Below, in pieces: positions 27,837 to 37,641 of a DNA stretch of 64,000 nt. The position numbers and the translations under genes were made by a program. This DNA is from Anaerolineales bacterium. GTDB taxonomy: Bacteria > Chloroflexota > Anaerolineae > Anaerolineales > UBA4823. The notes beneath the pieces were generated by a model. It was not told the DNA's origin. It did not search any database and worked only from the letters and a program-made list of their open reading frames with translations. The stretch spans positions 56,150-120,149 of the forward strand of contig JAGVAD010000015.1 of assembly GCA_020060465.1 (NCBI GenBank). The letters run 5' to 3'. Within the stretch, counting starts at the first letter, position 1. Every line of letters begins with the position of its first letter.

Positions 27837-29279
27837 ATGGCAAAACTGATCCGTTATTCTGGCTTGCTGGCGCTGGCTCTTGCTATCCTGTCGTGTAAGC
27901 TGGCTGCCAATCTCCGGCAGTCGCCAACCCCGCCAACCTTCAACGCGCAACCGAGCCAATACCCCACGCTCCACCTGGCAACGATTGCCCCTACCGCGAC
28001 CTCGCTTCCTTCGGCGACGCTCCCCCCTACACTCCCTGCTGCTCCCACTTTTACATTCACGCCAATTCCTTCACCCACCGAGCTGGCGCCAACTACGGCG
28101 CTTGATCCCAACACCGTTGCACGCCAACTGAAGGTGTTTGAAGAGCTATGGCAGATCGTGCGCGACCGATACCTGTATCCAGATTTCAACGGTCTGAACT
28201 GGGAGACGGTTGGCGCAGAGTATCGTTCGCGCATCGCCGACGGCATGACGGATGAGGACTTCTATCAGACATTGCGCGAGATGATCCGCCGCCTGGGGGA
28301 CGAGCATTCGGTCTTTTTCTCCCCCCAAGAGGCGGCAGAACGCGACCGCGAGTTCCAGGGTCAATACAATTACGTGGGCATCGGCGTGATGACTGCACTA
28401 ATCCCGGAGAGGCAGCGCCTGGTGATTCTCCTGACCTTTCCTGGTAGCCCCGCAGAGGAAGCCGGGCTGCGCGCCCATGACAGCATTCTGAGCGTGGATG
28501 GCTTACCGGCGGTGGATGAAAGCGGGCCGCGCCAGAGCCTGCTACGCGGCCCAGAAGGCTCCATCGTGGAGTTGAGCGTACAGACGCCCGGCGAACCTCC
28601 GCGCCAGGTGCGCATCACGCGCCGCCCGGTGAACGCGCAACTTCCTTTACCGCATACTGCGCTCACTTCGCCAGGTGGCAGGCGCATTGGCTATTTGTTT
28701 ATCCCCACCTTCAACGATACATTTATTGATGAGATGGTTGGGCAGGCGCTGGACGAATTGAGCGCCGGTGGCGCTTTGGAAGGATTGGTGATAGATAACC
28801 GCTACAATGGCGGCGGCGCCAGCGATGTGCTGCTCAACACGCTGGGTTATTTCACTACCGGGCCGGTGGGAACGTTCATTGAAAACCGCCAACAGATTCA
28901 GCTGCGCGCCGGCCGCCAGCAGGAAACCCGTTTCCAGAATCTCCCGCTGGTCGTTTTGATCGGGCCGGGCACCGCCAGCTTTGGTGAAGTGTTCGCTGGC
29001 GCATTGAAGGATTTGGGCCGCGCTTATCTGATCGGCGAGCAAACCGAAGGCAACGTGGAGGTTCTCTCTATCTTTGACCTTTCTGATGGTTCGCGCGCCT
29101 GGATCGCCACCTCCACCTTCCGCCCTCTGAACCACCCCAATCAGAACTGGGAAGAGACCGGCATCATTCCCGATCGGACTGTGCGCAGCGCCTGGGATGA
29201 ATTCACCCTGGAAACGGATCCAGCCATCCTGTCTGCCTTGCAATATTTTGATGGAACATTGTCCAACGCCAATCCATAA
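27837..29279 (+). CDS. S41 peptidase lipoprotein with PDZ domain
   Basis: Lipobox ILSC, Pro/Thr linker, LGDEHS, PDZ (GIGV...GSPAEEAGLRAHD), IDNRYNGGG, TASFGE (catalytic Ser), GIIPD. Confidence 0.9.
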   Translation: MAKLIRYSGLLALALAILSCKLAANLRQSPTPPTFNAQPSQYPTLHLATIAPTATSLPSATLPPTLPAAPTFTFTPIPSPTELAPTTALDPNTVARQLKVFEELWQIVRDRYLYPDFNGLNWETVGAEYRSRIADGMTDEDFYQTLREMIRRLGDEHSVFFSPQEAAERDREFQGQYNYVGIGVMTALIPERQRLVILLTFPGSPAEEAGLRAHDSILSVDGLPAVDESGPRQSLLRGPEGSIVELSVQTPGEPPRQVRITRRPVNAQLPLPHTALTSPGGRRIGYLFIPTFNDTFIDEMVGQALDELSAGGALEGLVIDNRYNGGGASDVLLNTLGYFTTGPVGTFIENRQQIQLRAGRQQETRFQNLPLVVLIGPGTASFGEVFAGALKDLGRAYLIGEQTEGNVEVLSIFDLSDGSRAWIATSTFRPLNHPNQNWEETGIIPDRTVRSAWDEFTLETDPAILSALQYFDGTLSNANP

Positions 29280-29428
29280 TAAATTTCTCTGTGGCTCTGT
29301 AATTTGTCTCTATCCATCACTCACCAATACCGAAGAGAGGGGCGATCCAACATTGAGTTTGTGGTAAACTCCAGGCATCCAAATTTAAAAACCAAATAAA
29401 TTGACCATTTATTCCCAGGAGAAATCTC

Positions 29429-31432
29429 ATGCTCACAACGGCTGAAAAAATAATATTCGCCCTGGCAATTCTTGCGTCCATTTACGCTGTCTATCGGGTA
29501 GCTGAGCGCATCCTCCGCATCCTGGCGCGTGGACACGGCAAGCCCGATTTTGATCTGGCTCGCAAGCGTTTCATCTCCGTGTTGATCAAAGTGGGAACGC
29601 TGCAGCCCACATTCAAGATCCGCTTCTGGCCTAGTTTGTTGCACGGCTTCATTGCCTGGGCATTCGTTTATTATCTATTGGTGAACCTGGGCGACTTCCT
29701 GGAAGGTTACATCCCCGGCTTTGTGTTCCTCGGTCAAGGGGCGATAGGGAACATCTACCGCTTCATCGCAGACATTCTCTCGGTAGCAGCTTTGTTCGGC
29801 ATGGCTGCCATGTTGATGCGCCGTTTCGTCTTCAAATCGCCAGCGCTCACCACCCGTCAGGAAGTGTTGCTGCACCCCAGAGCGCGGGCTGGCATTCAGC
29901 GCGATTCGGCTATTGTGGGCAGCTTTATCCTGGTGCATGTCGGCTCGCGCTTTTTGGGGCAAAGCTTCGAGATCGCCGGTCGCGGTGCAGATGCCTGGCA
30001 ACCTTTTGCCTCCCTCGTCGCCGGACTGTGGCGCAGTTGGAGTGAAACAGCTCTCATCGCAGGCGAGCATGTCACATTTTGGCTGGCGCTGGGCACCATC
30101 CTGGGCTTTATGCCATATTTTCTGATTTCGAAGCATATCCATCTGTTCTTTGCCCCGCTGAATTTCCTGCTAAAACCGGAGCGCCGCTCGATCGGGGAAT
30201 TGAGCAAGCTGGATTTCGACGATGAAAGCATCGAACAGTTTGGCGCGACGCGCCTGGAAGACCTGGGCTGGGAACAGTTGATGGATGCCTACGCCTGCAT
30301 CATGTGCTATCGTTGTCAGGAGGTGTGCCCGGCGTATAACACCGGCAAAGTGCTCTCGCCCGCAGCTCTGGAGATCAACAAACGCTACTTCTTCAACTCT
30401 GAAGGGGCGCGGTTAGCCAGAGGCGAGCCAAGTTCGCAAACGCTGATCGAATTTGCTATTTCTGAAGAAGCTGTGTGGGCTTGCACCGCCTGCGGCGCGT
30501 GTGTGGATATTTGCCCGGTGAACAATGAACCCATGCGCGATATCCTGGATATTCGCCGCGCCCTGGTGTTGATGGAGAACCAATTCCCCAAGCAACTGCA
30601 AGCAGCATTTCGCGGCATGGAGCGGCAGGCGAACCCCTGGGGTGTGCCGCCGGCCGAACGCATGAAATGGGCTGAAGGGCTGGCTGTGCCAACCATTGAC
30701 GAAGTTCCAGAGCCGGAAATTCTTTGGTGGGTGGGATGCGCGCCAGCGACGGACGCGCGGGCGCAAAAAACCGCCCGCGCCTTTGCCGAAATATTGAATA
30801 AGGCCGGGGTCAAATATGCGGTGTTGGGCGAAGGCGAGCAATGCACTGGCGATTCGGCGCGCCGGGCTGGGAAGGAAGACCTCTTCTTTGCGCTGGCTAG
30901 CGCCAATGTGGAGATGCTCAACGAAATAAATCCTCCCCGCATTGTCACCACCTGTCCTCACTGTCTGCATACGCTTAAAAACGAATATCCGGCGTTCGGC
31001 GGAAACTATACGGTGATCCATCATACCCAACTGATCAATGAGTTGATCGGGGCAGGAAAGCTCAAACTGAAACGGGATGGGGCATTGAAAGCAACTTTTC
31101 ATGACCCGTGTTATTTGGGCCGTCACAATCAAGTGATTGATGCGCCGCGTCTGGTTCTAGAAAACGTCGGAACGAATCTGATAGAAATGCCGCGCCATGG
31201 TATGCAATCCTTCTGCTGCGGAGCAGGAGGCGCCCAAATGTGGAAAGAGGAAGAACATGGTGTGGAGCGGGTCAGCGCCAACCGCTTTGCCGAAGCGCAG
31301 GCCACCGGGGCGCAAACCATCGCAGTCGGCTGTCCCTTCTGCATGGTGATGCTCAACGATGCCCGCAAGGATGCAAACAGCGAGATCGAAGTGCTGGACG
31401 TGGCGGAAATCGTGGCGCAGGTCATCGAATAA
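29429..31432 (+). CDS. Membrane-bound Fe-S oxidoreductase (HdrD/FadF-like: TM domain, 2x[4Fe-4S], 2 CCG domains)
   Basis: CIMCYRCQEVCP, CTACGACVDICP, WVGC...CTG...CPHC, HDPC...CCG...CPFC. Confidence 0.92.
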   Translation: MLTTAEKIIFALAILASIYAVYRVAERILRILARGHGKPDFDLARKRFISVLIKVGTLQPTFKIRFWPSLLHGFIAWAFVYYLLVNLGDFLEGYIPGFVFLGQGAIGNIYRFIADILSVAALFGMAAMLMRRFVFKSPALTTRQEVLLHPRARAGIQRDSAIVGSFILVHVGSRFLGQSFEIAGRGADAWQPFASLVAGLWRSWSETALIAGEHVTFWLALGTILGFMPYFLISKHIHLFFAPLNFLLKPERRSIGELSKLDFDDESIEQFGATRLEDLGWEQLMDAYACIMCYRCQEVCPAYNTGKVLSPAALEINKRYFFNSEGARLARGEPSSQTLIEFAISEEAVWACTACGACVDICPVNNEPMRDILDIRRALVLMENQFPKQLQAAFRGMERQANPWGVPPAERMKWAEGLAVPTIDEVPEPEILWWVGCAPATDARAQKTARAFAEILNKAGVKYAVLGEGEQCTGDSARRAGKEDLFFALASANVEMLNEINPPRIVTTCPHCLHTLKNEYPAFGGNYTVIHHTQLINELIGAGKLKLKRDGALKATFHDPCYLGRHNQVIDAPRLVLENVGTNLIEMPRHGMQSFCCGAGGAQMWKEEEHGVERVSANRFAEAQATGAQTIAVGCPFCMVMLNDARKDANSEIEVLDVAEIVAQVIE

Positions 31433-31466
31433 TGACTCGATAGAAACTTCAGACAGGTCGGGAGAG

Positions 31467-32645
31467 ATGAAAAAATCATACGAGTTTATTGTGTTAGGGC
31501 TGGGCGGCATTGGCAGCGCCGCCTTGTATTGGTTAGCGCGCCGCGCCAGCGAGGAGGTGCTCGGATTGGAGCAATTCCGCCTGGGGCATGATCTTGGCGC
31601 ATCGCAGGATCACTCACGCATCATCCGTCTCGCCTACGACGAACCGAACTATATCGCATTGACGCCTCATACCTTCATTCACTGGCAGGAAGTTGAAGCA
31701 GAGAGCGGCGTGCAGCTTGTTCATCGCACCGGTTCTTTGATATTTGGTCCGGATATTGTCAGCCCTGAAAACCATGTGCGGGCGTATATTCTGGCAATGC
31801 ATCAAGAGGGCATTCCCTTCGCCCTCCTGGACTCACGTGAAGCCATGGCGCGCTTCCCCCAGTTCCGCTTTGTGGAGGATGACTTAATTCTGTATTCAGC
31901 CCACGATGGTTTTGTGGACGCCCGTAAAGCCAACGCGGTGCATATTGCATTGGCGCGTGCACGCGGCGCGACGGCGCTGGAAAATACGCCCGTCCGGCGC
32001 GTGCGACCGCTGCCTGACGGGGTGGAATTAGATACCTCGGAGGGAACATTTCGCGCCAAACGACTGGTGATCGCCGCCGGCGCCTGGAGCAATCAGGTGT
32101 TACAGGGATTGGGGCTTCAGCTACCTTTAACTGTCACTGAGGAGCAGGTGACCTATTTTTCTACACCCCATCTTCGTCAATTCGCCCCCGATCGCTTTCC
32201 GGTGTGGATTTATCATGGAGAGGACTGCTTTTACGGTTTCCCGGTCTATGGCGAGGTTGCCACAAAGGCTGGCCAGGACGTGGGCGGAGACGAGGTGACC
32301 GTCGAGACGCGCAAGATGAAACCCAACCCGCGCCCATTGGAACGCCTGATCAGCTTTCTGGAATGGCGCATTCCAGATTTTCTCGGCCCGGTGTTATATA
32401 CCAAGCCCTGTCTGTACACCTTGCCGCCCGATCGCAACTTCATTCTGGACACACTGCCCGATTATCCGCATATCTCGATTGTGGTGGGCGCCGGACACGC
32501 CTTCAAATTCGCCAGCCTGCTTGGGCGCATCCTGTCCGATCTGGCGGTTGACGGCCACACGGTGTTTCCTATCGAGCTGTTTCGCCTGAATCGACCGGCC
32601 ATCACCGACCCGAATTTCCAGCCAGTCTTTCGGACGCCAGGGTAA
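31467..32645 (+). CDS. solA: N-methyl-L-tryptophan oxidase / monomeric sarcosine oxidase family flavoenzyme
   Basis: GLGGIG Rossmann motif, GASQDHSRIIRLAY, CLYT (flavinylated Cys position), GHAFKFA. Start ATG 31467 with GGAG. Confidence 0.85.
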   Translation: MKKSYEFIVLGLGGIGSAALYWLARRASEEVLGLEQFRLGHDLGASQDHSRIIRLAYDEPNYIALTPHTFIHWQEVEAESGVQLVHRTGSLIFGPDIVSPENHVRAYILAMHQEGIPFALLDSREAMARFPQFRFVEDDLILYSAHDGFVDARKANAVHIALARARGATALENTPVRRVRPLPDGVELDTSEGTFRAKRLVIAAGAWSNQVLQGLGLQLPLTVTEEQVTYFSTPHLRQFAPDRFPVWIYHGEDCFYGFPVYGEVATKAGQDVGGDEVTVETRKMKPNPRPLERLISFLEWRIPDFLGPVLYTKPCLYTLPPDRNFILDTLPDYPHISIVVGAGHAFKFASLLGRILSDLAVDGHTVFPIELFRLNRPAITDPNFQPVFRTPG

Positions 32646-32710
32646 TTCCGCTATCCGCGCCGGATTTCGTGCTAAAATAGAGTTATATAGTCCGATTTCG
32701 GGAGCGCGAA

Positions 32711-33808
32711 ATGCCGGCTGCATATTTCTTTCTTTCGGATATCACGGGTTATACTGCCTACCTGACTGCCAGCGAGTTAGAGCACGCCCAGGAAATCTTA
32801 AGTGCCCTGTTCGAGACCCTTTTAAACAGCATAAAACCGCCGCTGCGCGTGGCTAAGCTGGAAGGTGATGCAATTTTCGCCTATCTGCCAGCGGAAGCCA
32901 TTGGCTACGGTCAAACCATCCTGGACACAGTTGAAAATATGTATAGCGGCTTCCGCCAGACGCAGCAGGTGATGCGCCTGAACACCACCTGTACATGCCG
33001 GGCATGCAATGGAATTGACAGCCTGGACTTAAAGTTCTTCCTGCACTATGGAGAATATGCGCTCCAGCGTTTGATGGGGCAGGAGGAATTGGCTGGATCG
33101 GCAATCATCCTGGCGCATCGGCTGATGAAGAACACTGCGAGTGAAAAGACCGGCCTGCGCGCTTATGCGATGTTCACTCAGGCTGCCCTGGAAGCCATGC
33201 AAATTCAGTCGGAGTTCCAATCCTTAATCCCACACCAGGAGCGCTATGAGCACTTGGGGGAAACGTCGGTGTTTTTATACGATTTGCACGCGTTCTGGGA
33301 ACGCTCACGCCAGCAACGGCGGGTGTTCGTCGCGCCAGAGCAGGCTGAAGCCAACGCCCATATCCACGTCGCGGCCCCGCCAGCGGTGGTGTGGGATATT
33401 ATGACCAATCCCGCCACCCGCGGTCTGGTGGTCGCCGGCGAGATGAGCGTGAGCGGGCGGCAGGATGGGCGCATTGGCATCGGCGCAACTTATCATTGCT
33501 CGCATCATGATGGCAGCGCTACAGATCAGTTGATCCTGGATTGGCAGCCGCTGGAATATATCACCACCCGCGACCGGATGCAAATTTTAGATATGGAGTT
33601 TTCGCTTTTATGCACAGATTGGATAAAAGCAAATTCAGATGGAACCAGCCAGGTGATCTTCAGTATCAGCGTGCCGCAGGCTGAGGATGCGCTTACACAG
33701 GCGCAAATTGACGAAATGTGGCTGGAATTAAAAGCTGAGCTGGTTCGCCACGTTGAAGGACATGCAGGGCAAGCGTATGCTGAAATCCTGGTCGGGCGGG
33801 GTTATTGA
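32711..33808 (+). CDS. DUF2652 (class III nucleotidyl cyclase-like) domain fused to SRPBCC/START-like domain
   Basis: SDITGYT, KLEGDAIF, CTCRAC, HRLMKN; C-terminal HVAAPPAVVWDIMT typical of SRPBCC. Confidence 0.75.
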   Translation: MPAAYFFLSDITGYTAYLTASELEHAQEILSALFETLLNSIKPPLRVAKLEGDAIFAYLPAEAIGYGQTILDTVENMYSGFRQTQQVMRLNTTCTCRACNGIDSLDLKFFLHYGEYALQRLMGQEELAGSAIILAHRLMKNTASEKTGLRAYAMFTQAALEAMQIQSEFQSLIPHQERYEHLGETSVFLYDLHAFWERSRQQRRVFVAPEQAEANAHIHVAAPPAVVWDIMTNPATRGLVVAGEMSVSGRQDGRIGIGATYHCSHHDGSATDQLILDWQPLEYITTRDRMQILDMEFSLLCTDWIKANSDGTSQVIFSISVPQAEDALTQAQIDEMWLELKAELVRHVEGHAGQAYAEILVGRGY

Positions 33809-34749
33809 GAGGGATTGCCGTCCCAACCCGCCAGGCGCGCCATCAACCACCAAAACGCTTGAGCCTTGAGCGTGCATTGTAAACCATGTGTATGGGCGCA
33901 ATCCTGGGGTACATTCTGGCAGGCAAAGCTGCTGGGGTGATCGGCGCACCAGTCATCGCACCATTCACAGGCATCCGAAGCGTTTGGATAGAACGTCCCC
34001 CCCGGATCATAGCTCTCAATATCCGCAAAATCGAATAGCACACCGCCGTTCTGTTGAACGTACTGGCGCGCCATCTCGTTATGCCGCCAGAGCGCGCTGC
34101 CGGGCGCCGATCCGTCGGTGTGTCCGGTGAAGTAAATCCAATGTACAGAGGGGTATTCTGACTGCAATTGAGCCAGCGCATCCAGATAGCGCTGCACCTG
34201 CTGGTCGCTGTAATAGGACATTTGTCCACACCAGGTCCACAGCGAAATATCGAACCAGCCGGTAGCGACTACGCTGCGCGTATAGTTGAGACCGGCGGCG
34301 GTTTCCCAATACATATCCGGCGTAATGTAAGTATTGTTGGGGTAGTTATTGCCGTCGTAGATATTCAGCGCATCAATTGCCTGCGGGTGAACGACCACCC
34401 CGCTGACTTCAATATGGACGGCATAGGTTGGGATGCGCGCTTCCATCCATTGCAACCCGGTGAGCACCTGACTGCCATGCGAGGTATGGGCAAAGTGCAC
34501 GGTGAGCTGTTTTGCTGCCGCTACCCATTGCGGCGGGATTTTGCTTGCATCGGTATGGCGATGGTCTATGATGATCGTCGAGGTGGATTGCCGCCTGAGG
34601 ACAACGGGAAGATACAAAAGATGATCCCCTTGCAGCTTTTGAGAGGTAATCCCGTTTGCCCCGCTCAGCACACATGACAATAACACCGCCGTTCCCAAAG
34701 CCGCCAGGAGCAGCGCCCGGCGCGGCAAAATTTGAAGCCTTCCTTCCAT
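33802..34749 (-). CDS. Secreted hypothetical protein, possible SGNH-like hydrolase
   Basis: Signal-like N-terminus, LLYLPVVLRR, HTSHGSQ, WTWCGQ, FDFADIES, Cys-rich C-terminus CAHTH. Confidence 0.6.
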   Translation of the reverse strand: MEGRLQILPRRALLLAALGTAVLLSCVLSGANGITSQKLQGDHLLYLPVVLRRQSTSTIIIDHRHTDASKIPPQWVAAAKQLTVHFAHTSHGSQVLTGLQWMEARIPTYAVHIEVSGVVVHPQAIDALNIYDGNNYPNNTYITPDMYWETAAGLNYTRSVVATGWFDISLWTWCGQMSYYSDQQVQRYLDALAQLQSEYPSVHWIYFTGHTDGSAPGSALWRHNEMARQYVQQNGGVLFDFADIESYDPGGTFYPNASDACEWCDDWCADHPSSFACQNVPQDCAHTHGLQCTLKAQAFWWLMARLAGWDGNPSQ

Positions 34750-34832
34750 AAAAACCCTCCCACTATTTACATTTTAATCCATGTGCGAAAGTTCACAACA
34801 GCCAATTGAGCGATCAATCCTCTTGATATAGA

Positions 34833-34954
34833 AAACCGTCCACGAACAAGCCGCGAATACGCAAATTTTCCTGTCAACCGCTTCGCTCGTCAGGCGAAAT
34901 CAGGCACACTGACAATGGATTTGTGGGTTCGTGCAATCCATTCGTGGACGATTT
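34833..34954. repeat. Intergenic element with terminal inverted repeats
   Basis: aaaccgtccacgaa (34833-34846) ... ttcgtggacgattt (34941-34954), 13/14 match. Confidence 0.5.
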
Positions 34955-35102
34955 CCGAATATTTTCCTGTTCATCAATCAGATTACAACCCGTGAAAAGC
35001 CATTGATTCATGACGCTATTATCGAAAACAACATAAAAGGGCGATATAATTTATATATGACCGCCTCGGTCTGATTGCACATTGGAAAAGCGAGGAGAGC
35101 GC

Positions 35103-37526
35103 ATGAGCGATACGATGGTGAGCGGTGAAGCGTTAGGTCTCTCTTTAGGTCCCCAGGAAATATTACAAGATTATCGTCTGGCGTATCAAAGTCGGCAAGC
35201 CAGCTATGTTGGGCGGCGAGAAGTGATGAGCGGCAAAGCCAAGTTTGGAATTTTTGGCGACGGCAAGGAGCTTCCGCAACTGGCAATGGCGCACGCAGCG
35301 CGCCCCGGCGATTGGCGTTCTGGTTACTACCGCGACCAGACGTTCATGTTCGCCACACAGACCAGTACACTGGAGGCGTTCTTTGCCCAACTTTACGCTC
35401 ATGCAGATGTGCAGGCTGATCCCGCCTCCGCTGGGCGCTCAATGAATGCTCACTTCGCTACCCGCAGCCTGAACCCGGATGGAAGCTGGAAAGACCTCAC
35501 CGTCCTGGTGAACAGCGCGGCAGATGTCTCCCCAACTGCCTCGCAAATGCCGCGCGCGGTGGGGCTGGCATACGCCTCCAAGCTCTTCCGCCAACTCGAT
35601 GAGCTGCGCCCTTTTCAGCAGCTCTCTAAAGACGGAAATGAGATCGTCTTTGCGACCATCGGCAACGCTTCCGCCGCGGAGGGCTTGTTTTGGGAGTCCA
35701 TCAACGCCATTGGCGTGTTGCGTTGCCCGGCAATCGTTACGATTTATGATGATGGCTACGGCATCTCCGTCGCCAACGAGCATCAAGTGGCAAAGGAAAA
35801 TCTCTCCGAATTGCTGGAGGGCTTCCGCCGCCCGCCAGGCGAATGTTGCGACGGATTTGACATCTATGTGGTCAAAGGTTGGGATTACCCCGCTCTGATT
35901 GACGTGTATCAGAAAGCCGCTATGGTCGCCCGCCAGGAACACATGCCTTCGATTGTGCATGTAACTGAACTGACTCAGCCTCAAGGACATTCCACCTCCG
36001 GCAGCCATGAGCGTTACAAATCCCCGGAACGGCTGAAATGGGAGGCTGAATTCGATTGCGTCAAGAAGTTCCGCGAGTGGATTCTGGCCGAGGGCGTCAG
36101 CGATGAAAAAACGCTGGAACGCCTGGAGGCTGAGGACCGAAAGACCGTGGAGGAAGCGCGTAAGCGCGCCTGGGAAGCCTATCAATCGCCCATAAATGAA
36201 GATCGGCGGAAGGTGGTCGCTTTAATAAATGACCTGGCCCGCACTTCCGCAGCAAATGCGGAACTGACGCAGACGACGACCAAATTGATGGGCATCCCCA
36301 CTCCGCTGCGGCGGGATGTTTCCGCGGCTGCGCATCGGGCGTTGACGCTTACCCGCGATGAACATTCTCCGGCGCGGGCCGCGCTGGTAGAGTGGGTGAG
36401 GCAATTGGAGAAAGAAAGCATTGAGCGGTATGACTCTCATCTCTATCTTCAAGGGGCTCGGTCAGCCCTGAATGTCGAGGAGATTAAACCGGTTTATTCG
36501 GATACTTCTCCCACACTTTACGGCTTTGAGGTGCTCAATGCGTGTTTCGACGCCGCCCTGGCGCGTGAGCCGCGTTTCATCGCCTTTGGCGAGGATGTAG
36601 GGCGGCTGGGTGATGTCAACCAGGCTTTCCGCGGCTTGCAAGACAAATACGGCCCCTTGCGCGTGTCGGATACTGGCATTCGCGAGGCGACCATTGTCGG
36701 GCAGGCAATTGGCATGGCGCTGCGCGGTCTGCGCCCGCTGGCCGAGATCCAATATCTGGACTATTTGCTTTATGCGCTGCAAATCCTCTCGGATGATCTG
36801 GCTTCGCTTCTCTGGCGCACCAAAGGCGGGCAGATCGCGCCGGTCATTGTGCGCACACGCGGCCACCGATTGGAGGGCATCTGGCATTCCGGTTCGCCGA
36901 TGGGGGCTATCCTGCATCTGCTGCGCGGGATGCACGTGCTTGTGCCGCGCGACATGACCCGCGCAGCCGGTTTCTATAACACCCTGCTGCGCGCCGAAGA
37001 GCCAGCGTTGGTGATCGAAGTGCTCAATGGCTATCGCATCCGCGAACGTTTGCCAGATAACATTGGCGAGTTCACTGTGCCGCTGGGCGTTCCTGAAACG
37101 CTGCGCGTCGGTAGCGATATTACGTTGGTGACCTACGGGGCGTGTTGTCGCATCGCTCTGGAAGCGGCAAACTTGCTCAGCGAGGTCGGCGTGGAGGCGG
37201 AAGTGATAGATGTGCAATCGCTGTTACCCTTCGACATTCATGGCCGTATCCTCGAATCATTGAAAAAGACCAGCCGCATCATTTTTATTGACGAAGACGT
37301 GCCCGGCGGCGCTACCGCTTTTATGCTGCAAGAGGTGATCGAAAAACAGGGCGGGTATTATTGGCTTGATGCGCCGCCGCGCACATTAACAGCCAAACCC
37401 CATCGCCCGGCGTATGGTTCAGACGGGGACTATTGGTCAAAGCCTAACGTTGAGCAGGTGTTCGATGCGGCTTATGAAATGATGCGCGAAGTTGACCCAG
37501 ACGCATTTCCTGAACTGTACTATTGA
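35103..37526 (+). CDS. 2-oxoacid (probably branched-chain) dehydrogenase E1, fused alpha/beta
   Basis: GYYRDQ, variant ThDP motif GNASAAEG...DDGYGIS, GHSTS; beta part GEDVG, DTGIRE, EIQYLDY, HSGS. Start ATG 35103. Confidence 0.92.
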   Translation: MSDTMVSGEALGLSLGPQEILQDYRLAYQSRQASYVGRREVMSGKAKFGIFGDGKELPQLAMAHAARPGDWRSGYYRDQTFMFATQTSTLEAFFAQLYAHADVQADPASAGRSMNAHFATRSLNPDGSWKDLTVLVNSAADVSPTASQMPRAVGLAYASKLFRQLDELRPFQQLSKDGNEIVFATIGNASAAEGLFWESINAIGVLRCPAIVTIYDDGYGISVANEHQVAKENLSELLEGFRRPPGECCDGFDIYVVKGWDYPALIDVYQKAAMVARQEHMPSIVHVTELTQPQGHSTSGSHERYKSPERLKWEAEFDCVKKFREWILAEGVSDEKTLERLEAEDRKTVEEARKRAWEAYQSPINEDRRKVVALINDLARTSAANAELTQTTTKLMGIPTPLRRDVSAAAHRALTLTRDEHSPARAALVEWVRQLEKESIERYDSHLYLQGARSALNVEEIKPVYSDTSPTLYGFEVLNACFDAALAREPRFIAFGEDVGRLGDVNQAFRGLQDKYGPLRVSDTGIREATIVGQAIGMALRGLRPLAEIQYLDYLLYALQILSDDLASLLWRTKGGQIAPVIVRTRGHRLEGIWHSGSPMGAILHLLRGMHVLVPRDMTRAAGFYNTLLRAEEPALVIEVLNGYRIRERLPDNIGEFTVPLGVPETLRVGSDITLVTYGACCRIALEAANLLSEVGVEAEVIDVQSLLPFDIHGRILESLKKTSRIIFIDEDVPGGATAFMLQEVIEKQGGYYWLDAPPRTLTAKPHRPAYGSDGDYWSKPNVEQVFDAAYEMMREVDPDAFPELYY

Positions 37527-37534
37527 TATGATAT

Positions 37535-37604
37535 TCGTTGGTGCAAAACGTCCCCCAGGTTCCCCAAAAACAGGCCTGTGTGATCAGAAACCTGCGGGAC
37601 GTTC
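37535..37604 (+). repeat. Family 1 element, copy B (core inverted)
   Basis: Same left flank tcgttggtgcaaaacg and arms as copy A; core ccccaaaaacaggcctgtgtgatcag closely matches the reverse complement of the copy A core. Confidence 0.8.
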
Positions 37605-37641
37605 GTAAATAACCACAAGCGAAGGATCATGAGGAGGATCC

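Noticed and set aside
35103-37526. Fused E1 alpha/beta as a novelty
   Set aside because: Such fusions are well known in several phyla.
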